Shown: positions 1 through 11,808, counted from the first letter of the whole stretch. The stretch: DNA of 62,745 bases, filler included, from Rhabdomonas costata (GCA_019059605.1; 42 parts of 42 records of this genome joined end to end with filler, not necessarily neighbours in it); one strand, 5' to 3'. A program made the numbers and translations. Notes: a model not told the origin generated them from the sequence alone.

Positions 1-269
1 TGTGGTGCCGTAAATCAACACTCGTGCTGTGGGACGCCTGCTGAACTCTTCGGGTGGACAGCTTCCCAACCTCCACTAGATAAAATAAATATTCTTGTTC
101 TTATTCTTTGTGTTTGGGTGCAGTAACATAGTTGAGTCTGAGCTTCTACTTCCATTTCACAACCAAATCAGAATGATTGGGCGACTGTCAGACTGGGAAA
201 CCGTAACGGATTGAGAGCCGCAGGTGAGCGCGGGCGGGAGGGCAAGAGAGAAAAGTGAGAGAGAGAGAC

Positions 270-545
270 CTGGGTGAAGGCCACCTGAACGGAGAGGGCG
301 GCATCCAAGACTGGGGCCAGGGACCTCTCGCGGTCCGCCTTGAGGTCTGTGGTGCAGAAGCAGGGCACGGGGAAGTGGTGGAAGGCCGGCAGGTGCAGGG
401 CCTTGAGCAGCCGGTACACCCCGGCCGGGGAGCAGCCCTCTAGCGGGAAGGGCACCCCGCTGGCCCCGCCCACCCCATCGCTGCTCGGGGTGGTCACCGC
501 GGCCACCAAGGGGGTGGCCATGTGGGAGAGCACCAGCCCCAGCGT
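270..545 (-). CDS. Internal exon, protein of unknown function (TLGLVLSHMATPLV...AALSVQVAFTQ)
   Basis: 276-nt open GC-rich exon with a CAG acceptor (546-548) and GT donor (268-269), phase 0 at both ends. No recognisable motif. Confidence 0.55.
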
Positions 546-1397
546 CTGCCGAAGATCTGATGGGTGTGAGTTGCGCGCATATGGCTTTTGACGCGCAACT
601 ACTTTTTTCTACAGGCTACCCGCGGTGATCCATTGCTATCGGGTCTCTGAGGCGCGGCCCTCGTTTTTTTTTGGGAGGCGGACGACCTTCTCTGTTGGGT
701 GTGCATGCGCATTCCCGTGTGTGTATAACACACTACAAGGCACAAGTTCGTTGGTCTCCTGATGGGCTTCTGATCGATTCTCCTGCTTCCGTGGCCGCTG
801 ATTTTTTTTGGGGGGGAAATGATGACCACGCCTTCCTCTTCTGCTGGGCGGAGGTCCTTAGGAAACTGGAGCATTCAAACGGCAGTTTGACAGGCGCCCA
901 GCCTTCTCGCTCGCCCAGTGCATCAGCTTCACAAGGAAGGCCTCCACGACTGGTCCTATTACTTTTGCTTGCCTTTCCTCCTCAGGCCTTATCCACTTGC
1001 CATCGGTGCGCCATCGGCATCCGTGTGTGCAGAGAGAACATGACCAGAAATCAAGGGCAACTTACAGATACTGCCAATTGAAACCCGCGGGGGGCTTTTC
1101 AAGGCGGGCAGCATTCCCCAAAAATAAGCGAATTCACGAATGCCATTCAGCTTTCGAGTATTTCTTCTTCTATGACGAGGAATAAGAGGATCCTTGTTTT
1201 GGTCCATCCAACCACCATCATCATCCTGAACATCACACGCTTGTTTGGCAATTGTAGGCCGCAGTTGAACGACACCAGAAAAAAGCCTTTATGCGTTGGA
1301 GAGCATACATGTTCGAGCCAAGTCCGCGTGCCGCCGGGCGAGCTCTCCAACGCATAAAGGCTTTTTTCTGGTGTCGTTCAACTGCGGCCCACAACAA

Positions 1398-1497
1398 NNN
1401 NNNNNNNNNNNNNNNNNNNNNNNNNNNNNNNNNNNNNNNNNTTAATTAATTAANNNNNNNNNNNNNNNNNNNNNNNNNNNNNNNNNNNNNNNNNNNN
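1398..1497. other. Artificial concatenation linker N44-TTAATTAATTAA-N44 (first of 41 copies; last at 61251-61350)
   Basis: Identical 100-nt block about every 1.5 kb. The core is a palindrome giving stops in all six frames. It separates 42 fragments of about 1,387-1,398 nt. Confidence 0.98.
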
Positions 1498-1527
1498 GTG
1501 TTGGGGTGTGTTTGGGGGTTTTGGGTG
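1498..1527 (+). other. Residual whole-genome-amplification primer plus degenerate G/T tail
   Basis: GTGTTGGGGTGTGTTTGG followed by GGGTTTTGGGTG. Related mismatched copies lie reverse-complemented at fragment ends near 17847-17868, 56741-56762 and 59731-59754. Resembles the GenomePlex-type universal primer TGTGTTGGGTGTGTTTGG, recalled from memory. Confidence 0.8.
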
Positions 1528-1620
1528 TCACCTGCGGCACGAATGGAAGACAAAGGATGATTACAGTTTGGGAGAGACAGAACGCAATATCAGGGCAGAA
1601 GAAGAGCTGAAACCAGACAC

Positions 1621-1810
1621 CTCCCTCTGGTTCTCCTCGAGCTGCTTCTGGTAGTCCGAAGCCAGCTCGGAGTTCTCATGCCTCAGCCTCTCCACCATGT
1701 CCGCGGTGAGTTCGCGGTCGCCATCCTCCTGCGTCAGGCGGTACCGCAGCTCGCGGAGCTCCTCCTCGTACCGCTCAAGGAGCGCCTGCTCCGAGGAGAT
1801 CAGGTTGACC
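1621..1810 (-). CDS. Internal exon of a coiled-coil protein
   Basis: VNLISSEQALLERYEEELRELRYRL...DYQKQLEENQRE; E/R/L-rich heptads, GC3-rich, with AG and GT boundaries. Confidence 0.65.
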
Positions 1811-3063
1811 CTTGCCCCCACCCACACGCCCGTTAGATAAGCTACCAGACCAACCGGGAAAACATACCAGAAAGAGAGGGTTTGTGTGAAGAGCTGAGCA
1901 AAACGGGCCTGGGCCCTCAAAATTGATGACTGCTGTGCACAACCCCGAAACGGATGTTTCTCTCCTGTGCAGGGTGCTTCAAATTGCCCATTGAGTTGGC
2001 CGAGTTTGTTTTCTTCTTTGACTGAGGGACAGTTGTGTCTGTTTGTTGGCGTAGGCGTATGCTTGTGCGATGAAAAGACGGAAAAAAAACACACACACGC
2101 ACACACATGTGAAGGAGAGCGATGATGGAAAGAAACGCTGCCGCTATCCTAAGACGCGCGCAGCCTGGGTGCTCTCTATTTATCTCCACACAACAAGTCA
2201 GTCTTGGTCAAGTGTGCATAGGGTGCTGGCTTGTTGCCTGATCAGCTCAACGCAAGTTTGGAAATCAACTCTTGACAGCGCAAGTGAGTCTTAAGGCTCC
2301 CCGTTTTGGTGTTGCTGCGGCTTTTTTGCGGCCTGAACCCCGCAGTTTCCTATTGTGGGGGCGAGGTTCCTGTCTGAACTGACCAAACCTCAAGCGGGAG
2401 TTGGTCTACAGAATACACCAGCTGGGGGGCAAGGATGAAGGATGGTGCGCTGTTTTTTGGAACCTGTTTGAGGCTGCGTGACCGGCACACGGAGAAGAGT
2501 GGTTCAGAGGTTGAACCGCAGTTCCTTGCCATCGATAGCACGTATGTTCGGCACGCAGAGCAGGCTCATACCGCTTGGGGTGGTTGTCAACCTGCTGGGC
2601 GGTCATCGCAAACCGCAGAGTCGCGTTGGTCTGGCGGTCGTCCATTGCTGCGATGATATTACCAAAAAAAAAATCGTCAGGGAACTGAAAACTGAGGAAC
2701 TGACAACTGCGAAAGGAAAGGAAAGAAAAATGCCCGGAAGCGTGCGTTGAACGCTGGCTCCGCCAACGTTGAAAGTTGTCCTCTGCAAAGATTGGTTGGA
2801 GGAGGTTGGAGGAGCCAAGGAAGCCTGAAGCCGCTAGATGCCACCAGATGCGAAACGCTCCTGGCCCACTCTGTGCGTTGATCCCCCCAACACCCNNNNN
2901 NNNNNNNNNNNNNNNNNNNNNNNNNNNNNNNNNNNNNNNTTAATTAATTAANNNNNNNNNNNNNNNNNNNNNNNNNNNNNNNNNNNNNNNNNNNNCTCAC
3001 TGGTTTTTCTGTGGAGTCACGCAGTCATGTCTTCTGGAGCTTTTGTCGATCCTCCTGTGGTAG

Positions 3064-4112
3064 CCAGTTGTTATGGCCTGTTATGGGGGTCATTCCATGT
3101 TCCCTGCGATGTACGCCGACATGGGGGCCCCTGTGCAGTACCCCAAAATGGTGAAACTTGCGTTCAGGTTGGATGTGGATGTGAATGGGGATAGCCGGAA
3201 ATCCTTCAAAGTCACGATTCAAAACCAGCCGTCAACCATTTTCATGCTGTTGTGATCGGTGACATTTTTTTGAGAACCTGTGGGTCTCGCAACGAGCCAT
3301 TCGCACTGGATACGGTCTCAGATGTTCTGGTTTCCCCACATCACTCCATGTGATTTACATGAAAACACGAGACTATTTTTCTACATATGAATAGTTGAGA
3401 GGGCATGAGAAGGGGTGAGGTGACGGAAAGGGAAAGAATGAGAACCAGAAGGCGAGCAGCAAATCCGAGGTGGAGAGGTAGCGAGCAAAACGCATTCTCA
3501 GTGAAGCAATGATGAGTGCTGCGCACACCGGAATCGACCATGAAAATAAGAAAATGAAATCTACAATGAAGATGGGGGGAGGAAGTGCAGAAAGGACATC
3601 AACTAGACTTAAATGCTCCAATGTGTGAGAGTGGTCTGAAATATGCCGGAAACCCGCACAAACACACGCACACTCAAACAAGGAAACAGTTGAAGAAAAG
3701 TCTGGGACGAAAAGTGCAGCAGCGTCCGGGCCGGTGCTTCGGAGGAAAACGCCGCGCCGAGTTCTTAATGGATGGGGAGAGTTGCTCTTTCGTATGTGTT
3801 CACGTTCATTCTTGTTGTTCCTCCTTGTTCGTCCTGCCTGCTGGAATTCGTGCCCTTGTACAGCGTGGTCATCCCGCTGTACTCGGGGATGGGGATTCTG
3901 GGGTACGCGATGTTCGGGGACAACATCCGGACGATCTTCACCCTAAACTTTCCGTCTCCCTCGCTGCTCTTCGCGGCCGTGCAGTGCACCATTGTGGTGG
4001 TGACGTACACCAAGTTCGGGGTGACCTTCAACGGGATCGCCTATCCCATCGAGGACTACCTGGGGCTCCGGGAGAAGGCCCGGTGGGGCCCCAAAACCGT
4101 GCTGGCGTTGAG
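3064..4112 (+). CDS. AAAP/Aa_trans family amino-acid transporter (AVT1-like), partial, two exons
   Basis: Exon 3064-3167 gives MACYGGHSMFPAMYADMGAPVQYPKMVKLAF (the GH..FP.IY..M..P motif). Exon 3864-4112 gives VVIPLYSGMGILGYAMFGDNIRTIFTLNF...TYTKFGVTFNGIAYPIE. The GT-AG intron 3168-3863 joins them in phase (AG+C=Ser). Confidence 0.88.
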
Positions 4113-4920
4113 GTGCGTGCCTTTATGTCTACAGCCTTTGCTAATGAATGCGGGACCGAGTCTCACAATGGGCTGAATAGTGGAGCGGGCTGCGTGTCAT
4201 TAGATGAGATTCGATCTGCCTAGTTCGAGGTGGGAGAAGAAAAGAGATTCATCAGACATATCAGCAACAAGGCTGTGGTGTGCTGACGTATTAAACTCAC
4301 CCACTGACTTGCTGTCATTCAAATTGACTTTCACACACACACACACACACCTCGAACTAGGCAGATCGAATCTCATCTAATGACACACACCCCNNNNNNN
4401 NNNNNNNNNNNNNNNNNNNNNNNNNNNNNNNNNNNNNTTAATTAATTAANNNNNNNNNNNNNNNNNNNNNNNNNNNNNNNNNNNNNNNNNNNNGTGTCAG
4501 GGCTTGTGCTGTGGGTCGATGTGTCGTTGCTGTTAGGTCCGTGGGGTTCATGCTGCGTTGGTCTGTGAGTCGAAGGGAGAGTGTGGGCAATGTCAAGCTG
4601 AGTACCATGGTCTGTGTGTTCGTGTGTGTTCTTGGGCTCTGTGTGTGGTTGGAGGGTGGGTCGTGGCATTTCGTGTCTGAGGTTCTGTTGGTTGCTGGTG
4701 GTGTGTGTCAATGCTTTGTCAGTGCTTGTGTGTTGGAGTGATGCGTAGGGTTCATGGTGTCGTGTTTTCGTGTCTCGGGGTCTGTAGGTCGATGCTTTCT
4801 GTCTGTGTGTTACCAGTGCTTCTACAGTGTTTGTGTGTGTCAGTGTGTCTTAGCGTAGGGTTCATGGCTTCTTGGGTGTGGTGGTTGGGGTGTCAGGAGG
4901 TCGTGAGTTGAAGGGTAGGG

Positions 4921-5760
4921 TGTAGGAGTATCAGCATGACTATGAGGGGTAAGAGAGAGTAAAAGATGCCCTCCTACTCCGCTACGCTACGTTCCTTCCA
5001 CCTGATGCCTTTACTACTACGGATGGATCGCTACGCACCCATCCTTCGTGTATTCTATGCTGAGGGTGAATTCCATGCTGAGGTGTTACTCCGACTCATG
5101 ACATCCTTGACTTGGGAACACTCATCCTTCCTCTACTACGCATGGCTCTAGAGGATAGAGAGAGTAAGGGGCATTCCTACCGCAGGTGCCTTGAGTATTC
5201 CTTCTACGGGCATGCCTCCTGACGTCGACATGCCCTCCGATACCCTACAGTAGGAATACCCGATACAGATGACATCCTCGACTTGGGGACACTCTATTAC
5301 GGCATGACCCACTGCGTGACTCATGCCTTCATGCTTCTATGTATGACCGACCGTAAGCACCTTATGGTGGTGAAGGGAGGGGTGTAAGAAGGGTGGGAGG
5401 AGGCATTCGATAGAACGTGAGCATGATGACGACCAGGGTATTCAGCTGTCGTCAGGATTCACTGCGTTCATCCTTCCTCCTAAATGCTGAAGATAGAAGA
5501 TGCTGATACCCCATGTCATTCGCTGCGCTCATGCCATGGGGCCCCCAAGATAGAAGAATAGATGCTCGTATACTCCCTAGAAGTATGAAGATAGAAGAGT
5601 AAAAAGAGGTGATGCTAGCTACACCCTACGCTGATACCTGAACCCATGCCTAGGGGGGTAAAAGATGCTCTGATGGTCGATGCTCGTACCTCGCATCTCC
5701 CTACATGTGATGCCTCGGTCTCTCCACCGGCATAAGCACGGTTCCGAGACCTCAGGGTAA
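4921..5760. repeat. Mosaic of short degenerate repeats, part of a dispersed family also in 7490-7915
   Basis: ATGACATCCTYGACTTGGGRACACTC at 5098 and 5269; AAGATAGAAGA three times in 5490-5598; the 19-mer at 4972-4990 equals the reverse complement of 7858-7876. Confidence 0.65.
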
Positions 5761-7263
5761 TACAGAACCCAGCACAGGAAGTAACACCAAACCCAAAGGA
5801 AGCCATGCACTACCGGAAACCCACACACTTGAAGACCCGAACCCAGGGATACCCACTGCTGTACGACCGGTGGGACCGGCAACCAAACCCANNNNNNNNN
5901 NNNNNNNNNNNNNNNNNNNNNNNNNNNNNNNNNNNTTAATTAATTAANNNNNNNNNNNNNNNNNNNNNNNNNNNNNNNNNNNNNNNNNNNNTGTTGTTGG
6001 TACTCTGTGCACCATTTTGGTGGTTACACGTTTTTGTTGCATTTTACTTTGTATTTTTCAAGGCCATTCCTGGCCCTAATTACACAGTTAGACACGGGGC
6101 AGTCCACAATGCCACAAGACCCCAATAAATTGTGTTTTCGTTTATATTTTTGTGCGTTCTAAATATGTGTGTGGATTTATTTTGTCCTGAAACCGAATTA
6201 TATATTTTGATTGTTAATCTTCATTCGGTGTCTCCCGTCAAACAAATCATCTAAGGCTGTGTGCAGTTCACCCACCAAGGTCCTAATCCATAACACCTTG
6301 TAGCAGACTAAAACGTTACGACATACGCGGGTGTGCGTGCTGTTTCCACACTTTTACAAGGCAAGGAGTCGATCGCCAAGACGCGGAAGGAATAAGAAGC
6401 CCATGTTTTGCCCAGTGCAAGTCGTCGTTCTCAAAACGCAGGAAGAAACCAAGGTATTCGGCGATGTGTCGTTCGTCAATCCCCAGTTGCGATACACAGC
6501 AAGGCATCGTGATCCAGCTGTTTAAGTTGGAATACTCCCCCATTTTTGCTGCAAAATAGGACAGTGGCCATAGCCATATACCCCAGTGAGTTTCTGTTCT
6601 TCGTATCTTGTTTTACATGGTACAGATGAAACAACTGAACCTCCAAGTTACGCGAATTAGGAATTGAGACGTTCCACTTCCATTATTCCGTTGCGAAAAA
6701 AGCCCTCGGCCTAATTTGGTTAGGTTTTCCCCATTTACAACTTAAATGGTGATTCCAAAGGTTTGTATACCTCTATATTTATAGGTAGGCTTGCTCCCAC
6801 ACTACCAGCACAACAACATGCATCCCACAGATGACCTCAGGTTGTGTAGGTTGTGGGGACATGCAGTTCCCTGTAATCGTCCTTGTCTCCATGCAGGGCA
6901 TATGCAAGTATGCATGTCATGCGTAGCAAAGCATTCCTGAGAAAATGCCACCAGGAAGTGGTAGCATTACATCCCATCCTACTGTGGTCAGCATCAGCTC
7001 CCAAACACCTACCACTCGCTGGCCCCTCACATTGAGATTGGCAGCTCCTCTCAAACACCAGGCGTCCTGACCACCACATCTCACATTCTTAGGCTGGGAT
7101 GATGATTGTGTATGGTCATGTCATCCTGGTGTCACTGTATGATTCATACGCGCAGGATGGTTGGTGATGTGTAGAGCGTCTCTTCCTGTGGTGAAAATCT
7201 TGGTCTTTCTTGCGATCCATGGTTGAATTTCCGCGTGTGCCTTTGTGTTTTCGTATTGATGGT

Positions 7264-7389
7264 TGTGGTTCGTGTTGTGAGGTGCATCCTGGTTTGAGCT
7301 TAGGCATTCGGTATTCGGGGTAGTACGTACTACCCCGAATACCGAATGCCTAAGCTCAAACCAGGATGCACCTCACAACACGAACCACA
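7264..7389. repeat. Perfect 126-nt terminal palindrome with no loop
   Basis: 63-nt arms centred between 7326 and 7327 (GTAGTAC|GTACTAC), running to the fragment end. Confidence 0.9.
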
Positions 7390-9001
7390 NNNNNNNNNNN
7401 NNNNNNNNNNNNNNNNNNNNNNNNNNNNNNNNNTTAATTAATTAANNNNNNNNNNNNNNNNNNNNNNNNNNNNNNNNNNNNNNNNNNNNTGTGTGGTACC
7501 GACAGTCTTATGGGCCCCATGAGCGGGTAGCGAATGGGGATAGAAGTACATCGAGCGTAGCGAGTGAGAGGAACGAATGCGACGACCTAGTGAACATGAG
7601 CATGAGCGTAGCGTAGCGATTGCGAATGTGACGAACCAACATGAAAATGAAAATGAGGATATTGTGGAGTGGAACGAAGAAAGGGCGAATGTGACGACAT
7701 GTGATCGAAAAAAAATACCCGACATACAACTGCTGGAACGAAGTAGGCACCTTAGGTGGTGGAGTGAGTGACAACATCTTCACTTTCTACGTTGGGTTTA
7801 TCTTGGCATCGAAGGTAATGTAGACCGCATGGAGGCATGTGCGTAGAAGGACGACAGGTAGCGTAGCGGAGTAGGATAGAAGGAGCGAAGGAGTAGCCGT
7901 AGCGACCATGATGTTACCGGCCAGTGTGAAGCCGCAGTTGCTGAATGACACCCCCTTCCGCCGCATCGCCGCCACATGCCATGTGTAGCTCGGCTTCTGC
8001 GTCCATGGCCAGAGGGATCCAAAGTGAACCAGCACCCAGCCATTCCACTTGCTTTTTGCAGAATGCGGAGACAAAACAACACCTCCACGGCATGCAGGAC
8101 AACACAGGGAAGTAGCCTCCGGAGCGACGTTCCATTTTTGCAAGCTTTTAGTTAATGGGTACGTTCGTAGGTGGATGCGCGAGTAACCAGCCAAGCGCAA
8201 ACCCTCCCCACCTAACGGGCCACAGGCCAAGATGGAAAAGCCACCTGCGCTGAGCGGCAGGGTGGTGCGGCGCCTTTTGCAAGCGGTGAACAAGGTGCGG
8301 CGCGGCTCGCTGAACTTATCCGCCCGCCAGCCCCCGGGCTAAGAAGACCTCCATCGCACCGCCTACCGCGAGTTCCACCGCGCCCACTTAAGCTTTGCCT
8401 AGTGAAGAAAAACGGACCTTAAGGCTAGGTTGCGCATTGCAAGGCCAACGTCGCCAGGCCCAACTCATACAGAGCGAACGTAAACATGTTCCTGGACTGC
8501 GTCTTTCTTCGCCCAAAAGCCAAACCACATGGAGACGGCGCGCACCTCCTTGGTGAAGCACCTCTGCCGAACTGACCGATAAAGGTGCACGAATGGACGA
8601 ACTCTCCTGCACCCACTCACACGCATGGCGCCTTGGCGCTGTGTGCCGTGGCGTGTCCTTCTGCGGCTTTTTCTGCATACCTGCTGGCGATACGACGGGC
8701 ATTGTGGTGAGGGTGCGCCGCGCCCATCCACAAACACACGCACACACACAGACACACTCTCTCTCCCCCACGCCCGCGGGCACGCACGCACGCACTCCCG
8801 AACACACGCACTTACTCACGTTCTCTTCAACACATTTAAACACAGCGGTGGCTTTCCCCGCTATCCTAGTTCCGTTCAACCAAACCNNNNNNNNNNNNNN
8901 NNNNNNNNNNNNNNNNNNNNNNNNNNNNNNTTAATTAATTAANNNNNNNNNNNNNNNNNNNNNNNNNNNNNNNNNNNNNNNNNNNNCTTCTCTGCCCGCA
9001 G

Positions 9002-9476
9002 GTGGAAGCTCCTCTGTCTTCCGAGGCCGACCTGGAATGTCATTCGGCTAGACGACGAGCATTACGGCTCCAAATCAATCTCCTCCATCATGCATTCCCT
9101 GGGCAGCTTTGCCCTGGTGCGTGCACACGCATGTGCCTGCTTGCATGACGTGCGCGCTTGTGCACCCTATTGTGTTTGCTTGAACACGGATGTGCGTGGG
9201 GGCACGTTCGCACTTCTTTCAAATTTCTGTGTGGGGCCCCAAGAGAATTTTGCGGCAACTGTGAGATTCATCAGGACAATCAACCTTTCACCTCCTCCGC
9301 CTTGGCGCAGAATTGGCGGTGGAGGCGTCACGTGGTGGAAGGTCATGTTTTGTTGAGGTTTCGTTTAGGCTTCGGATGTGTTTTTTTGGGTTAACTTCAG
9401 AATGAGCTGGGCTCGTGGAAGTTTCTGCTGGAGCACCCGGACCCGGACAGGCTGGAGCCCCTCGAGAAGGCCCTGC
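9002..9476 (+). CDS. Two exons of an unknown protein
   Basis: 9002-9116 (WKLLCLPRPTWNVIRLDDEHYG...GSFAL) and 9401-9476 (NELGSWKFLLEHPDPDRLEPLEKAL), joined in phase 0 by a GT-AG intron. Confidence 0.55.
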
Positions 9477-10248
9477 GTATTGACGCGCTGTGAGCGGGGC
9501 AGCCTGTGGGACTGTGTGGAATGCTGGGGAACGCCGGGGCGAGCTCCTCTCTGTGAGAGGAGCACTGCATTGGAAGCAAGACCTGTGTTTCTTTGTTTGT
9601 ATTTCTGCTTCGGGCTCTTTGGCCTTAGAACAAAAGGTTGGCACAGAAAGCTGGAATCCCTAAGGGGTTCTCCCCAGTCCCCATCGTTTCCACGGTTCCA
9701 CAACAGTTCTGTTTACGGCTGGACCGCACGCTTTTGGTGACCTTTGGTGACCGTTTGCGGCTTCCGTTGCCAGTCTGGCAGAAAGGGTGGGGATCGCGGA
9801 GTGGTGTGTGAATGGTGGCGCCTCTGTGGGAATACCGAAACAACACTGCGTGAAGTCACCTACTATTTCTCTCTTTTGGTCATGATTCGAGGGTGAGTCA
9901 GACGTGAGCAGCGATCTCCTTCATTCACAACTGTGCTCTTTGGGCGCTTGGAATTCTCTCGCGCTGCATGCATCGGGGGCCATCGTTGGTGTTTACTCTG
10001 CAAATAGAAGAAAACTGCCGAAGACCGTTCTGCAAAAGTGTGAACGCATTTAGTGGTGATTTGACAGGACGGTGTTGTTTTCGCCAGGAAGCTGCTTGTG
10101 TATCGACGGTGTTCCGTTTCTTTTCTTTTGGGAAAGGGAGAAGTCCAAAGATGCTCTGAGCATTTCCTCCCTGTTCCGGAACAGGCACAAGAGGGCCTGG
10201 CTACGGTGGCTTTGGGGGATTGAGGGTATCTGAAGTTGTCCGCTCCCC

Positions 10249-10383
10249 CATGGACAGCAATGGGGATGATGTGCAGAAGGAGCTCCACAGGCTGGGCAGC
10301 GAGGAGTACCTCCGGGTCTTCCGCATCGACCGCCTGCTGTTCCAGCTTGTCGGCAAGCTCCTGGCGCACCGTCACGCCACACC
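10249..10383 (+). CDS. Exon with a possible RIIa/Dpy-30-like docking helix pair, truncated
   Basis: MDSNGDDVQKELHRLGSEEYLRVFRIDRLLFQLVGKLLAHR; YL....I..L...L...LL..R pattern and GC3-rich codons. Confidence 0.4.
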
Positions 10384-10574
10384 NNNNNNNNNNNNNNNNN
10401 NNNNNNNNNNNNNNNNNNNNNNNNNNNTTAATTAATTAANNNNNNNNNNNNNNNNNNNNNNNNNNNNNNNNNNNNNNNNNNNNGTTGTGGGTGATGAGTC
10501 TTTCGCTTTCGGCCGGGCTTAGCACACCTCAGAGCCCAGGAGTTTTTTATGGAGGAGCGGGGGAGGGGGCAGAC

Positions 10575-11808
10575 CAGATACAGCACCACTCCCGCGGCGA
10601 ACATGTCCATCTTCTGGATCTCCTCCCGCGAAGTGTACCGCAGCTTAGCCCCCAGGCCATCCACCACACGCAGGATCTCAGGCGCCTGTGCCCCAACGCA
10701 ATTCATGCACTGCTGCATTCGCTTTAATTTGGAGAACCGGTATGGTTGGCTTTTTGCCTTGCCATCCAACTCAGGTGTTTATCTGCTAATACCGACTCAA
10801 GCCTGTAGGCGGCTCAAGCCTGCATATGAGGGGCACGACCTTTCAGTCTCTTGCCGGAATGGTGTTATGTCGGAGGACAAATCATATCAGAGATCAACTC
10901 AGTTCAAGTCAGTGAACGACTGCGCACAAATTGCACCCAAGAGAACGGCCAGTTAATCTGGACGAACAAAGGATATTATTGAGGAGGTGCTGTGAACTGA
11001 ATTAAATTACCTGCGAGATTAGAGCGGCTGCGAGATTAGAGCGGGGGGTGGGAGACAGCACCATGTAGTGGAAGGACCCCAGGGGAGTCATCGTCAAAGG
11101 GGAAATCGGGGATGAAACCTGAGAGAGAGAGAGAGAGAGGACAGGACACGAACATCATGTTATGACAATCGTATGCACATCCATTTCCAATCCATCTTGG
11201 AGTTCCAGGGAGTGGCGTTGAACGAGGAAAAACCCATAATTTCCCCGTGGTTACGGGAAAGTCAAGCGCTTGTTTCTCTTCTCCGATCTCCACCACCACC
11301 TCCAGGCAAACCCTCAATTTACTCAAGGAGGATGGGTTATTTATTGGACCATTTGCGCAATCAGAGATGCCAGACATCATACATCAAACATGGTCAAGGC
11401 ATCTGCGGCTTCCAAGTTGTCAGCAGTCCAGTATGGCAGCGTTCTTCTTGGGCCTTGCCTTTTGAGCTGTATTTCGCACAACCCTCTCCGGTGCCGTTTG
11501 TGGGGGGGGGGGATGCTCCTAATGGCTTTGGTCTGAAGGACCATCCGGACACAACTTTTTCAGCTCCTGTGGGTTTGCCTGCCATGGATGTCCTTTCATT
11601 TTCGTTTTTCACGACAAAAACGTCTGCTCACTCGTACATCGTTCACAAATCCGCCCCCGGACCACTGTTCATGAGCTTTCCTTCACATAAACACACCGCA
11701 ACGCCAGGAACCCTTCCGAAGAACTTCGCGAACCCGAAGTCAATCAGAACAATGCGCAGGGTGTGGGCAGATCAGAATGTTCTCAGGCTTCAAGTCCCGG
11801 TGGACAAT
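10575..11808 (-). CDS. Ser/Thr protein kinase (CAMK-like), subdomains VIb-IX, four exons, one internal frameshift
   Basis: Exon 11808-11697 gives IVHRDLKPENILI..LRIVLIDFGFAKFF. Exon 11466-11383 is a 28-aa insert. Exon 11118-11062 gives ...MTPLGSFHYM. Exon 10685-10575 gives APEILR...KMDMFAAGVVLYL. All introns are GT-AG, phase 0. Confidence 0.92.

Noticed and set aside
9465-9480. Second GC donor (AAG|GCCCTG)
   Set aside because: A normal GT donor lies 7 nt later and no homology fixes the boundary.
11011-11044. Short perfect tandem duplications (17-mer here, 10-mer at 57041-57060, 15-mer array at about 21688-21728)
   Set aside because: Ordinary slippage duplications in non-coding DNA.
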